From the NCBI RefSeq assembly GCF_009914755.1, contig NC_060940.1: DNA of 64,000 nucleotides. The stretch is one strand, 5' to 3'. The notes beneath the pieces were generated by a model that had not been told where the DNA came from, ran no database searches, and saw only the letters and a program-made list of their open reading frames with translations. The translations under genes and the position numbers were made by a program. This document shows positions 31,025 through 47,531 of the stretch, piece by piece; within the stretch, counting starts at the first letter, position 1; every line of letters starts with the position of its first letter. The DNA is from the human T2T-CHM13v2.0 reference genome, Homo sapiens.

Positions 31025-33299
31025 ACAGAAAGAAAAAGAGAATGAATGTTAAAATGTAGGCAGAGGCATGAAAAATAGAAAAGAAAGTCAGCTTGCAGAG
31101 CCAAGTTTATATCTTACCCCACCCTGATGTGGTTGGCCAACAGCTGATAGAGGGCTTTTCGGTAAAGTAGGTAGAAACAAACCCCACCAACCCTCAGGTT
31201 ACCAGGCAATGTGCCACCATGTTATTAAAGCCATCATGGTGAGAGTTCCTGGGCAGGCAGCCCGCTGGAATGCTGAGTCATCTGTTCCCCCGCTCACAGC
31301 TGGCCCTCCTCCCCAGCACATGCTCTGCCCACAAGCACACTCTTTGGGGAATGCATTAGGAAGCAGCTACCTGAATGTATCCTGAAAATCACAGACAAGG
31401 CACTAAACACACACCCATTGGAGCCTGTTCTGTCACAACTCAAGCCAGAGTGCAGGCATAAATCACTGCCGTTTCTGGAAAGAGCACAGGCACACCTTGC
31501 ACTCAGCTCTCTAGAGGCCTTAGCTAAATGCTGTTTAGATTATTTTTAAAAAATGTGGTTTTGACTGGTTCAGGATTTAAAAGAGTTAACAAACATCATA
31601 TGAGCAGAAGGCACAATGGAATGAGTGTGTACACTCTGGGGTAGACAGCTCTACTACTGGAAGGCCACATGCCTCTCTGGGCAACTGTTTTCTTATCTTT
31701 GAACTGAGATGCTTTCCACAGTTGGCTTCAGGGAAAGCATCTAAGACTGGAGTCACAACAGAGTATTCACGCGTGGGGCAAGGGGTGGGGACGCTAAAGC
31801 TGAACTTTGCCTTTAGTTAAAATTACCCTTGAAACTTCTTTCTTCACACTGGAGAACATGCGTCTCTCAGTGAAGCCAACACAGCTGGTTTTTCCTCCAG
31901 GGTCAGAACACACTACTGTTTCTCCTCTAGGACATCAGAGGAAGACGATGGCTTGCATGTGAGCACCATGTTATTAAACACACATGTACACACATGTGTG
32001 AACACACATGGTTTATAACCAGCAGGAAGCTTGCTACAAGAAGAGTGTGAAAGTTGATATTCACAAGGAAGGGGCAGAATCTACATCTCCCATTTCATCT
32101 CCAACTCACTGGGATAAGGATAAATACTTTTGCTGAGTGAAGTGACAAGCAAAACCAGTCTCACACCCTAAAAAATAATTAGCCACATCAAGTACATTTG
32201 AATTCACACAAGTTTCAAAATGTTATGATGTAACTCTACTTGGTACCTAGCAAATATACGATCTAAGCCTCTGTGCCTGTCCTCTGGTCACATGTACCCA
32301 AGCTAGTTCTCTGAAGACAAGGAAGGTGTTTTAGCTATTCTATACCTCCAGTGATATTTCTTCAGGAGAGAACAGCTAATACAGCTACTTCTCTCTGCTT
32401 CCGAACAGCCCTGGGCTTGCAATTACTACAAGCCACTGAAGAACCACGGCTTAACTTCTTAGGGCATGGATTTTACCAGAGATCAGGGAGGAAAAATTAA
32501 ATAATTAATCTGGCAATTTAAAACAAATTAATATTAAAGTAAAATGGACATATTGCAGAATAGCATTTTTTTAAATTGTGAGAATGGTTTAAATAAAACA
32601 TAAGACGGTAGAGATATTTCACCTTCTGCCCCCCTCACCCCGCTGCGCCCCTGAGTGCTCCTATCCACGCTGCTTTGGTGTTGTTTGAGAAGAACCTCCC
32701 CCCACAGAGGCACTGATACTAGCTGAATGGATTCTCCTTTCTGGGGAATGAGAACACCAGAAAGGAAAAGAGACTTCCACCTTCTCTTCTTGGCAGCAAG
32801 GAGGTGAATGTAATGTCCACATGAGGGTAGTTTATACATGTCAATTTGTATTCTAGGTGCACAAACAACACTCAGAGAGCTGTAAGGAGTTCTCTGTGGT
32901 TAGAAGCAATTCTGAAAAGAGCTGACTCATATGAGAAAAGCGTAATGCAGTATCTATTTCTTTTAGCAAAGGTGATAGAAACGCACGTATCATGAATATG
33001 TCATGCAAGGAAAGATGAGGGCAGCCTAAGCTGAGAAGGTGTTCAAATAAATTTCCTGTTTGAAAGGGATTATGATACTGCTCTTTTCCCTACCTACCTG
33101 TGGACACAACAGAAAGGTGGGAATCCTGTCCTATAAATTCAGGTTCTGGCCCTCATTTGCCCTACAAGTATTTCTTAGCCAAGGTGAAGTGGTCACCCGT
33201 GCATCTACCAAAATGGTCTGGACCACTGACTGGGCAGGTTTTGAGAAGCACGGTCACCTGCCTCAGGGTGGTAGCTATCATTTCCTGAGATTATATCAC

Positions 33300-33430
33300 A
33301 GGTAGTACACGCTGCCAATGCTGTAGGCTCTGTTACCCTCACTTTATACAGAAAACTGAAGACCCTGTTGAATGGCTTGTCCATAGTCTTGCAGCTGGTA
33401 TAAGGAGAACTGGAATACAAATTCAAGATG
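33300..33430 (-). mobile_element. MIR
   Basis: actttatacagaaaactgaag...ggcttgtccatagtc. Confidence 0.5.
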
Positions 33431-33843
33431 TTTCAATCATACAATGCTGCAAGGAGCTGATGTCAAGGAAGATACAAAGTAATGACCACCTACTCTGCTA
33501 GCAGATGGTGGTAAATTGTTCTTAGAAGCAGTGAACCAAGGGCATGATATCAACAGTCCTTGTGTGTGCCTTCTTCAGCAGAGAGGTCTACTGACTGTCA
33601 GTGAGTGTTCTGTCTAAACGAGAAGGGGCTTAGAGAGGATCATATCCTTTGACCTAGTAATTCCTCTTTTAGGAAATCATCCTATGAAAACAATCTGAAA
33701 TGAGGACTAATTTTTAATGCACAAGGATACGTAAATTTTTAAATTAAAAATGTCTTCAAAACACAAACAAATGTTTAATAGTAGGAGAATAGTTAAATAA
33801 TTATGCTATTCATATTCATTAAAAATTATGTGAGGTTGAGGGA

Positions 33844-34246
<403 letters not shown>

Positions 34247-34620
34247 CTATTTGGGAAAAAGTAACATGAATGCCTCTCTCATAGGTTATACCATTGACTC
34301 AATCAACAAATATTTGCTGATCACCTATTTTAAGCATTGAGAAAAACTTAGAATAAAAAAATCTTTGCCCTCCTAAGACAATTCGTTAAGCAGTACAGTT
34401 TCATATGGGTATTTTCCTATATGTATGTTAAGCCTCCATTTAAAAGTTAAAATAAAAAGCCTGACTTCATGGATCTTACATTCTAGTGGTGAGATATAGA
34501 CACTAAACAAAAAAGTAAAATATACAGTGTACGTGCAGTGCTATGGAGAAAACAAAAAGCAGGCAGTACTGAGATGTGGGTTGTGATTTTAAATTAAGTG
34601 GTCAGGGAAAGTCTTACTGA

Positions 34621-34736
34621 TAAAGTTACCACATAACAATGCAAGATGCCAAATTTCAGATAAATTACATATCACTGTTTAGTATATCATACAATATTTG
34701 GCACACAGCTATTTTAAGTGAAATCTGGCAATCTTA
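34621..34736. mobile_element. MER53 (palindromic hAT MITE), internally deleted
   Basis: Terminal inverted remnants taaagttacca.../...tctggcaatctta and aatttcagataaa. Confidence 0.55.
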
Positions 34737-34894
34737 CTTACTGAAAGGCAAGTGAACAAACCTCATTCCTAATAAATTAAATGTTAATGCTTCTGAATAG
34801 GACACTAAAGCCAGAAACTATAAAAGAATAAACTGACAGATATACTATGGAAAATGTAAAGCTTTGGTTCGGCAACATAGGCTAGATTAAGAAT

Positions 34895-35046
34895 AGCTGG
34901 GCACAGTGGCGCACGCCTGTAGTCCCAGCTCCTCCAGAGGCTGAGGTGGGAGGACCTCGAGCCCAGGAGTTAAAGGCTGAAGCTGGAGGGTGCTATAATC
35001 ACACCTGTGAATACTGGGTAACAAAGCAAGATCTCGTCTCTTAAAA
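34895..35046 (+). mobile_element. FAM/FLAM monomer followed by (CA)n
   Basis: cacctgtgaata diagnostic segment. Confidence 0.78.
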
Positions 35047-35439
35047 CACACACACACACACACACACATACACACACAAAACTGTACAACAAATTGGGAC
35101 AAGTATTTGCAAAATACAAAACTCAGGATTAATCTAAGCATCATTTTCTCCTATAAAATGAGGGGAGGGGGAAGATACCTGTGGTTCATACAATTATAAG
35201 GATTTCAGAACCATGTCTTGTACCTAATAACCAATGGTTCATTAAATGTAATAAATAATAATCATGATGTAGGTGTACTTATAAATCAGCAAGAAAAGCA
35301 CACAATTCACAAAATAATATCAACCAATTAAACTTCTGAAAATAATTCTAGTGTCAGCTTTGGCAACATGTGAACTAAAATTTGAATGACATCCTTGCAC
35401 AAAGAGGTCACAAAATTTTAAAAGCAATCCATTTTTTAA

Positions 35440-36268
35440 AAAAATCATCAATGGACATTAATGCTGCTGGATGAAAGATTACTGAGGAACAGGGTTTCAC
35501 AGTCTCAAAGTATTACTCACAGAGTACTTATTTATTACAAAGCAGGAAGGCTACAATGGAAAAATCTGTGACCACTATTTACCTAAATGATGTCAAACCA
35601 GACATCAGCAATAAGGGAACAAACTGATACCATGTGCCTCTCAGTGTGATGCACTGAAAAGAGCACATCAACTACGTGGTACTCCCGCCAGAAACATTTA
35701 ATCTGAATCTTATCATGAGACAATCAGAAACATACACATTGAAGGACACTGTAAAACAACTGATCTGAACTCCTCAGAAAAATGTCAATCTTGTGAAAAT
35801 AAGAAACAGGCTGGGGAACTATTCCAGATTAAAGGAGACTAAAGACTAAAGAGCCATGATGACTAAAAGTAACACAAGACTTTGACTGGAGCTTGGATCC
35901 AAAAATAAAAATAGAAAAACTGTAAGGGACATTATTAGGACATTTGGGGAAATTTGATTACAGCATGGACATTAGATCATATCAAAATCATATCAGTGTT
36001 AAATTTCCTGAGTGTGATAAATATATTAGGGCAATATTTTTAAAAAGCCTGTGTTCTTAAGAGAAATACACTAAAATACTTCTAAGCAAACTGTTATGTC
36101 TCTGACTCTCAAGTAGTTTAGCAATAAAAAACAAATACATGTATACATGTTCACATATGTACATATTATGCTTGTGTATATATGTGTGTGTCTGCAGAGA
36201 GGGAGACAGAGCAAATATGATAGAATGTTGCCAACTTGTCTATAGGTTTGAAATTTTTCAGAATCAAA
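35440..36268 (+). mobile_element. L1ME-type 3'UTR
   Basis: ttccagattaaaggagactaaaga, tgttaaatttcctgagtgtgataa. Confidence 0.7.
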
Positions 36269-36274
36269 AGTGAA

Positions 36275-36400
36275 GCTGAATGCAGTGGCACGAGCCTTTA
36301 GTTCCAGCTACTTGAGAGGCTGAGGCAGGAGGACTGCCTGAGCCCAGGAGTTCAAGTCCAGCTTGGCCAATATAGTGAGATCTCACTGCCTTTAAAAAAA
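36275..36400 (+). mobile_element. FLAM monomer
   Basis: Monomer. Confidence 0.78.
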
Positions 36401-36541
36401 GAAAAAGAGTGGGAGAAAATATTAATAAAAAATAAAATGCATGAGGTCTAACTCCAAAAACAAACAAAAAAGGAAAGAAAATGCATTCTCTCTCAGTAGT
36501 AATCAAAGAAATGCCAGTAAGAATGGTTTTGAAAAGACTTA

Positions 36542-36902
<361 letters not shown>

Positions 36903-36954
36903 GAAGAAATTCTGATTCTGAAACTTTGTTGAAACCAGCTCTCTGACTCTATCA

Positions 36955-37266
<312 letters not shown>

Positions 37267-37705
37267 CTAGAGACTTTTAATTTCCCATTTGCAGCTCTTT
37301 CTTTCATACGAAATTCCTACGCCCAAAGAGGTTTGAGAGTAATAAAAATTGTAGTAAAAATACAAAATAAATGAAAGATCCTATAATAAGAATACTATTG
37401 AGTAAATAAATTATGGCATATCAACTTGATGGCTTATCTAATGCAGTCAGTTAAAATTTAAAATGATTTCACAGAGTTTAAACAACCTGAGAACATTTCT
37501 CAACTGTTAATGAGAAAAGCAAATCTTCAAGTCCATCTATAGTATGATTACACCTACATAAAATAATGAAAATGATACTGTAAGAAAATATGCCAGAATG
37601 TTATCATAATTATTTCTGGGTGATTATGTTTCATTATTGTGTGTTTTCCAAATTTTCTGTCATAAATATGTACCTGTTTTATTTTTATAAATACTTTTTA
37701 TCCTA

Positions 37706-37966
<261 letters not shown>

Positions 37967-38326
37967 TTAAAAAATAAATAAAAATAAAAGATAAAACGTG
38001 TAGCATTCCTGGACTCAGAACATAATATAAGATTTTTGTTATTATAGTGACCTGATTTAGAGGATCTAAAAAGTGAGTGTGGGGAAATGCAGGCTCACAT
38101 TCCCATAGTGAGACACTCTGTAATAACCAGAGAGAATTTATAAAAACGAAACTTTAAAATAACTATAGGCTTAAGGCTAACAGATATATCAAAAATATAG
38201 AAATCCCTATAATTTCTGAATGTATGCAAATCAACATTGTAGGCTGACAATTTCCAACATTTGATAGAATTTTAAAATTATTCAATGTTGTATGTGGAAA
38301 CTTGAAAAAAAAAAAAAGATAATTTA

Positions 38327-38460
<134 letters not shown>

Positions 38461-41181
38461 AATTTAAAATATATATATATATATAATTCAAAGTAAGTGG
38501 TTCTGAGAATAATAAAATTATCCTGAGAATCCAGAAGGTAAAAAAATTTTTTAAAAGGTAAAATTTCCAAAGAAGCAATTAAATTATAAATAAATAAAAT
38601 TATTCTGAAATAATTAAAATAACTCAGGTGACGTCACCCACTGAGACTGACTCTTAAGAAAGACGCCCCTTTGCAATGAGAAAGGTATCTCTCTCCTACA
38701 AGGTTACAGTAGGTAAGATGTTTTTGGCTTATGGTAAACAGCTTGTTTGAGAAGATGCCTAAGAAAAGTATAAACCCCGTGTCAGCTGTTTGTTAGACTT
38801 ACTCATCAGCCCCTGATGTGGCATCCAGACACCACCTACCCACCCATAGATAATCTCTTGGCAACATCACCACTAAGCTGGCCCTGCTGGCTCACAGAAA
38901 GAACAAACAGCGCACTTAGGAGCTACTGAGCTGGAGGTGAAGAGAAGGGAAAGAAATGGGGCTTTATTTAACAAGTGTGACTTACTGCATGATTATTTAG
39001 TGATTTTTTCTTTGGCTAACAGTTTATTTTAAATTTTTATTGAAATGGTAAAGCAGTTTAATAACTAATCCTTTTTCATGTGAAAGGACCTTTGGAAGAT
39101 GCAAATTTTAAGCCCTAAACCCCATCCATCACATAAGATAGATAACAAATTATGAAGATCAATTCTCATCAACATTCAAAGTCTACCCACCAATATTAAA
39201 CTCTAACAGTTGGTCAAATCCACCAATTTCTAAGAGCACTTGAAAGATACTTTTATTTACATATTAACTGCACTAAACAAGTACTGGGGCAAAGTGTAAA
39301 ACTTGCTTCATATAATCAGTACATCCTCAACCCCTGGAAAGCTTTCCATGTTTTTCTATTCTTCAAGGAATACATCTTTGGCACTGAATTTCTTTTAGTA
39401 GAAAAGGAAGATAATGGGTAAGTGTCCTTGTTATTGCTTTGGATCCCTCAGAAATGGGTTTCGCAACTCACCAGAGTTGGAAAACAAAAATGTGAGGGCC
39501 TGGTTGATTCTAACATACTCCTAACAATTATCTTTCGGTGGAGAGGACTAAATCCTCACCCAGAGCAAACAAACAAAAACACCCCAACAGAACAATGGCA
39601 AAAACAACTGGTAGGATGTTCCCGTTGAGAAGGATTCCCGGATCACCTAAAGATTCCTCCTGTCCTCTACTGGGTGTTGCTGCCAGGGCATTTCAGGCAT
39701 CTTTGCAGCCCGAGACTCTCCTCAAAGGAAAGAACAGCAAAGGCTGGGGGAATATGTTCATTTGTGAAGAAAAGGAAAATGTCAGGGTCGTTTTCAAAGC
39801 ATGGGGTGATTAGTTTTGCCAAAAAATAAGTCAACAAAAACTGCAGAAAAACTGAGTAAAGCTACATATTCTCCTAACTGTAAACTGCCATCAAGGTGGC
39901 TCTTTTAATCATTACATATAAAATATCCAATGTACCCAGTACTGTTATTTTTCTATCATTTTGGCGAATTCTAGTGGGAAAAAAATGAAGAATGGGGAAG
40001 CTATAAACTTAGGAATAATTAAGTGCCTACACTGAACCACAAATTATATAGGACTTTGTAAAAATTTGTTTAATCCACAAGTATGGAAGAAAAATTAATC
40101 TTTATGATTTAAAAAAGAAAAAAACTCAGAGACTCAAAGAGAAAGAAAATAATTACTTAGTTAAAACAACAAATAAGGAAACCCAAACTTTTAGCTGGAC
40201 TTAGTTTCTTAATCTACCCTTCTGCTTTTTTGAAGTCCATGCCAGAGAAGTGTGTTTTGAGCCTAGATCTCCATGCTCCAGTCCTCGGCTGCCAACAGCA
40301 TGAGGCCCAGGACAGAAGTCCTGCCACCCCCATCTATGTGACATGGTGTTTTGACTTTGCCATGCAGGCAATGCTTATCACCTAGCCAAACTTACTCTTC
40401 TGTTACGCTAAACCAGGAGGGGGAAAGACAAGGCAAAGGAAGAAAAGACATCTATAAAAACAGCAGAAAATGTTTCTGAGGCAATTTTTCTTTTCAGAAA
40501 AAAACTGAGCCACAGAGGAAAAAATATTCACCAATGTCAAAAGTTCTGAATGCCACCCAACTATAGGATTGCTCAATCAAGGTAGTTTCTGGATCATTTC
40601 TCCTTTTAAAGAGCCCCATGAATACACAAAATCAGATCAAAAGTTCTTATTCTTCCACTATCACATCTATGAAATTATTTCCTTTAAATTATACATTAGT
40701 CTTCCCTTGTTAAAAAAATGTAAGAAATAAAAATTAAAAACTCACTGCTAGCTTAAAGCCTTAAGCACTAGCTTGTTTACCTCCATGAGTTGACACAGGG
40801 TGATGAGTCCAAGGTCTCATTATCTTTTAAAGGTCAAGGATGAGATAGCTTGGCTTGTTCGATGAACACAAGGCTATACCCTCAACACCCTGCTCAGAAA
40901 TGAATGCCACTGTTTGTTCACAAAGGACAGGGAAAGAGCGTCTAGACAGATTAACACAAATCCATTCCCACTGCTGAGAAACCCCAAACCACATCCTATT
41001 TGATGGCTCATTAAAAAAAAAAAATTACTTGGGAAGTGTTCAGGCAGCAGATAAATTCCTACACTAGTCAGAAAGAACAGCTAATCAACAATACATCACA
41101 CATAATATAAGCTTGACTCAATGAGCTCAAATCATGACAAAAATATGAGACTGAGACATACGGTTCTTCTCTGCCTCCTAA

Positions 41182-41552
<371 letters not shown>

Positions 41553-41784
41553 CATTAAATACATCTATAACCTACTTCACAAGTAATTCTGAAAAGTCTC
41601 TAGGGTCTAAAAATAAAGTGATTTTTTTCCTTCCTTCTGGAAGACATAAGTTAAAAAGGCATTGTGTACAAAAGTCAGTATGACAAAGAATTTAATCTTC
41701 CACTGTGTAGCTAAGAATTACCATTTAGTTGAGAACTCCTTGACTTGTCATGACTGTGCTAAGTGTTGTATTAATAATCGTCCT

Positions 41785-42070
41785 GGCCGGGCGTGGTAGT
41801 TCACGCCTGTAATCCCAACATTTTGGGAGGCTGAGGCAGGCAGATTGCTTGAGGTCAGGAGTTTGAGACCAGCCTAGTGAACATGCTGAAACCCTGTCTC
41901 TACTAAAAATACAAAAAATTAGCTGGGTGTGGTGGTGCACGCCTGTAGTCCCGAGGCTGAGGCACGAGAATTGTTTGAGCCTGGGACGTGGAGGTTGCAG
42001 TGAGCCAAGATCACACCACTGCACTTCAGCCTGGGCAACAGAGTGAGACTCTCTCAAAAAAAGAAAAAAA
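41785..42070 (+). mobile_element. AluS
   Basis: Alu dimer. Confidence 0.9.
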
Positions 42071-42459
42071 TCATCTCACCCAACCTGATCCATCCTGTGA
42101 GGTCTGCTCTAAAGACACCTGGGGGAATGGTGTGTCTATGAGGAGGAGGCTCACTGTCTTGCTCCAGATGTGCATGCAAAGTATTACTTCAGCTTCGTTT
42201 TACTCAGGAGGACACCTGGGCTCAGAAACCTTTGATAAGAAATCAAGGGTGGGACCCCAGAAATCCAAGTGGGACCTTATGGGACTCCAAAAATGGAGTT
42301 CTTTCCACTCTGCCTTATTGCCTCTGATATGTTTATCCATACGTTTCTACAGAATTTGACCGTTCAGGTAAAATCAGCAATAAAAGCAAGCACTCTTCTT
42401 GCACATTTTTAAGCGGTTTTTGTTGTGGTTTTTATTTTTTAATCTTACAGCTCAAATAA

Positions 42460-42844
<385 letters not shown>

Positions 42845-43179
42845 TAACGTAATATAAACTGCTCATATATAATACAAACATGAACTATTTACTATATATA
42901 TTCATTTTACCTGAGCTATGCTTTGTTCTCTCAAACCATTTTGAAGCCATGGCCCATGGATTCTACCAGTAATGATTAGCGTTTCGTGCTGGGAGTCCTA
43001 TAAAATCCTGTCTTCATTACACATAATGTACCATACTTTATGAGTTCTGGCCCAACAGGTTACCTTATGGCTAAGAACTGGAGCTACTTTTTAGATAGTT
43101 CACTAAGAGCAAAATCTGTAACTGGGCCAGAAGGCTCTGCACATGGCCTACCTGTCTTCCAGCTTCCTGCTCCCTCCCC

Positions 43180-43700
43180 TGCCCGCACAATACTGCTTGG
43201 CACTGGCCTTCTGCCACTCCTGGAACCTGTCGGCCCTTCTCCCTGTTGTGGCTGAGCCTTTAGAAAAGGCGCTTCATCATCGTGGAGCATTCCTGCCACT
43301 GTCACAAAGCTCTCACTGACCATTCTTTCACTTCTTGGAGCAAAACTCTCTTTCTTAGAGAAGCCTCCCTGACTGCCGCAGACGAGGTCCGTTTACCCTG
43401 TTCTGCCCTCTCAAAGCACTTTCTACCCTTTACTGGACTAATTTCTGTCTCTCCCACTAGACTGCAAACTCCATGAGGGCAGGGCATCTGTTTTGTTCAC
43501 CACAGTATCCTCAGTACCAGGTCAGTGCCCGGCACACATGCATTAATTCAACAAACATTTGAGCACTAGTGCACATAAGGGATTGTTGTAGGCACAGGGG
43601 ACATATCATGAACCTCAGATTCTAGTCAAGGAAACAAGACAATGGTGGGGGTATGGACAAAAGGAAACAATCAGTGCTTCAGAAAACCAGATAGCAAGGA
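43180..43700. mobile_element. Two L2 3' ends, tail-to-tail (+ then -)
   Basis: ctagactgcaaactccatgagggcaggg...cagtgcccggcaca followed by attcaacaaacatttgagcact. Confidence 0.65.
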
Positions 43701-43752
43701 AGGGGGGATATAAGAGTCACTTTATTTATTTAATTTAATGTAATGTCATTAA

Positions 43753-44050
<298 letters not shown>

Positions 44051-44722
44051 AAGAGTCACTTTAAATGCAGTTGAAGGCACAACATCATTAAGAAATTCTG
44101 AACAATCATTTGATGGAGGTGAGGTGAGGGAGACTGAATCACTAAATATCTGAGGAAAGATATTTCCTCAGAAATATGCCATACTTGTAATATAAAATAC
44201 CATACTTAAAATATGCCATATTTTATGAGTTCTGGCCCAAAAGGTTACCTTATGGCTATGAACTGGAGTAACTTTTTAGATAGTTCACTAAGAGCAAAAT
44301 CTGTAATTCGGCCAGAAGGCCCTGTAGCACGTGGCCAGCTTGTCTTCCAGCTTCCCAAGGGAGAAGGGAGGAAGCAGTGAGTGAAAAGGCCACCTGAGGA
44401 CCTGTGGAGTATGGTCTGGAATAAGCAAGCATATAGCAGACACTCCATGGCATAAATAAGGCTGCACGGGGAAGCTACGTTAAATCAAGCTGTTAATTAT
44501 CACAGATGCCAAGGTGAAGCTAAGTTTCCATCATGTAACTTCTCTGTGGGGAGTAACACAGTATGTGGCCCAAAGAACAAACATCTTTACGAATCAACAC
44601 TTGCCTGTTCCTTATTGTTCCCTCAACCAAACTTGCCGTTGTCACTGTGTCACTGTGCTGGTTACTCATTTCTTCACCAAATTCCAGAACATATACTTGT
44701 TTTTGTCTCTTACTGATCAGCC

Positions 44723-44839
44723 TTTGAGATGGGATCTTGCTATATTGCCCAGGCTGGACTTGAACTCCTGGGCTCCACAATCCTCCTGCCTCAATCTCCT
44801 GAGTAGCTGGGACTATAAGCTTGTGCCACCACTCCTGGC
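44723..44839 (-). mobile_element. FLAM monomer
   Basis: Monomer. Confidence 0.78.
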
Positions 44840-45129
44840 TGCTAACTTTTTTTAAACAGATGTCCCGAATATAAACATGAATTCCACCTCAGGTAGCAAA
44901 TTCTACAGTATATTTTGTTGCAGTTTTACTGGTTTCACTGGCCTAACAACTGACCTTAAACATATGCAGATGGAAATATTTTATTGTCAATTTAATGTTT
45001 CCTCAGAGATTTTAGCAGTAAAAAGAAAGGAAAACAGCCACTAGAGGTAAGTGAAGAGGACTGCATTTAAATCCCATAAAGCAGTGGCAGAAAAAATTCT
45101 CCCTACGGCCAATGAATGCATGACAGAAG

Positions 45130-46650
45130 GACACGCCTAAAAAAGAGATGAAAAGCTGTACCTAATATTTTGAAATCAACTAAAAGATTTAAGATAATAA
45201 TATATGAAAGAACATTAAGGCTAGGCATGGTGGCTTGTACCCATAATCCTAGCTACTCGAGAGGCTGAGGCAGGGGGATTATTTGAGCCCAGGGATTCAA
45301 GGCCAGCCTGGGCAATACAGCAAGACCCTGTGTCTTAATTTTTTTTTTTTTTAAATTAGCCAGGCATACTGGCGCACATCTGTAGTCCTAGCTACTCAGG
45401 AGGCTGAAGCAGGAGGATTGCTTGAGGCCAGGAGATTGAGGCTGCAGTGAGCTATGATAGCACCAATGCACTCCAGCCTAGGTTAACAGATAGATACTCG
45501 ACTAAAAATAAATAAGTAAATTGATAGATAGACAGACAAACAGAATGAACATTAAATCAGAATTAGGAAATCTCAGAAATGAGGTCACAGTACTCAAGAA
45601 AACATTAACACTCAAAAAAAATTAGATATAAAAAGGAAAATTGTTTTATGAGGGCCAAATTAGAAAAAATACAAGAATAAAAAAACACAACTTGCCTTAA
45701 GAGAAACAGATAATTAAAAGATAAAAAATTTTAAAACCAAAAAAGAATTAAATTAGATAATTAGAAATTAAATAAATTAAAAATGACTTGAAAGAAAGTG
45801 ACACAGATGATGGGCAAAGATCCAAATAGCTATAATAGAAGTTTTCATAGACAAAAACAAAAGCAAGGGAACAGAACAACGCTGAAAATTACAACTCAAG
45901 AAAACTTTGCTCAGATAACCAAAAAAGGCTCAATATTGCATGCTGAAAGGCTATACCGCATACATCTGCGAAAACGGATCCAAAACAACTAGTCAAAATA
46001 TACATTTCAGTAAAACTAGGAGACTTAAAAAAAAATTCAGCGCATCTGGTCAAAAAGAGTAAGTCAAGAAAAAAAAGTCAGATTGCCATCACACTTTGAG
46101 AGAAGCATTTCAAGCCAAAATAAAATGGAACATATTTAAGATTCTCAAAGAAAGAACATTTGAATCAAGGGTTCTTTCATATATAATTTTACACCTAGCT
46201 GAGCCTACTTTCAAGTACAAAGGCTTCTGACAAACTAACATTCAAGAACTCAGGGAGCACTTTTCCCATGACTCTTCCAAAAAAATGTAGTAGATGACCA
46301 AACTCATGGAACAAACATCATCGTAGGAACTGAGAGTGAGAATTAAATGTACACTTACCTGTAAAACAGAGACTAAATGATGGTTATAAGCGTTAGCATA
46401 GAGTATACAATGGCTATTTGCTCTGACAATGTAAATATGGTATAATTATTTTAAAAAGAAAAGGACAGAATGAAGAGGGCACACAAGAAGGTAGAATAAG
46501 AGTGCTGACTTCCTTACAGCTAATAAAGGGTATTTTTCTAAATCAGACACAGAAGAGGGAAGGCAGGGAAAATAAGAGATTATAGCTAATTTCAATATTG
46601 GTCATAGTAGGGTACCAATAGACAATGACTAAAAAGAGACAAGACTGAAG
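45130..46650 (+). mobile_element. Ancient L1 ORF1-region / HAL1-like fragment
   Basis: A-rich, with ORF1-like remnants (atatttaagattctcaaagaaag...ctttcaagtacaaagg). Confidence 0.5.
45219..45515 (+). mobile_element. AluJ with T-run linker
   Basis: Alu dimer; TSD gaacattaa. Confidence 0.88.
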
Positions 46651-46667
46651 TACTGTATAACGTTATT

Positions 46668-47095
46668 TGTGGCAGACTGTAAAATGGCAAAAAAAATCCT
46701 TCCTTTTTATGCATGCCCCTTGCAATGTGACTTTTCTGCTCCTGCCATCAAGAGGTGCGGTGTATTTACTGCTCCCCTTGAATTTAAGATTGGCATGAGA
46801 CCTGCTTTGGCTGAAGGTATATTAACAAGCATAATGCAAACTGAGGCTTGCAGGGTAGCTTGTGCTGTCTTGCTGCTGGGAACCCTTTGGTCACCATGTG
46901 GACAAGCTGGACTAGCCATCTACAGGATGAGGGGCCACATGGGGAGAGGCTCCCACTGTCCCAGTAATCCCAGCTGAGACACCAGAAGTGTGACTGACGT
47001 CATCCAATCCCAGCCAGTCTGGCCTAGACCAGAACTGCCTAGGCAACCTATGGAATTATGGGAAACAGGTAAGTATTGTTTTAAACCATTATGTG
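46668..47095 (+). mobile_element. MaLR solo LTR (MLT1F/E-like)
   Basis: tgtggcagactg...ccccttgcaatgtgacttt...ccatcaagaggt...ttgttttaaaccatta. Confidence 0.7.
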
Positions 47096-47245
47096 TTCAA
47101 AAAATGAGGTTTAGAACGAGGAGGACATCTGAAAAATAGAATATGCTTGACGACTGCCTTATAAGTGAAGAGCCCATATGCTTATATGCTAAAAAACAGA
47201 ATATGCCTGAAGATTGCCTTATAAGTCAACAGAAAATAAAAGGTT

Positions 47246-47531
47246 CTTTTTTCTTTTTTTGAGACAGAGTTTTGCTCTTGTTGCCCAGGCTAGAGTGCAG
47301 TGGCAAAATCTTGGCTCATTGCAACCTCTACCTCCCAGGTTCAAGTGACTCTCGTACCTTGGCTTCCTGAGTAGCTGGGATTACAGGTGTGCGCCACCAC
47401 ACCCAGCTAATTTTTTTGTATTTTTCATAGTGATGGGGTTGGCCAGGCTGGTCTCAAACTCCTGGCCTCAAGTGATCCACTTCGGCCTCCCAAAGTGCTG
47501 AGATTACAGGCATGAGCCACCATGCCTGGCC
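47246..47531 (-). mobile_element. AluS
   Basis: Reverse-complement Alu dimer. Confidence 0.9.
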
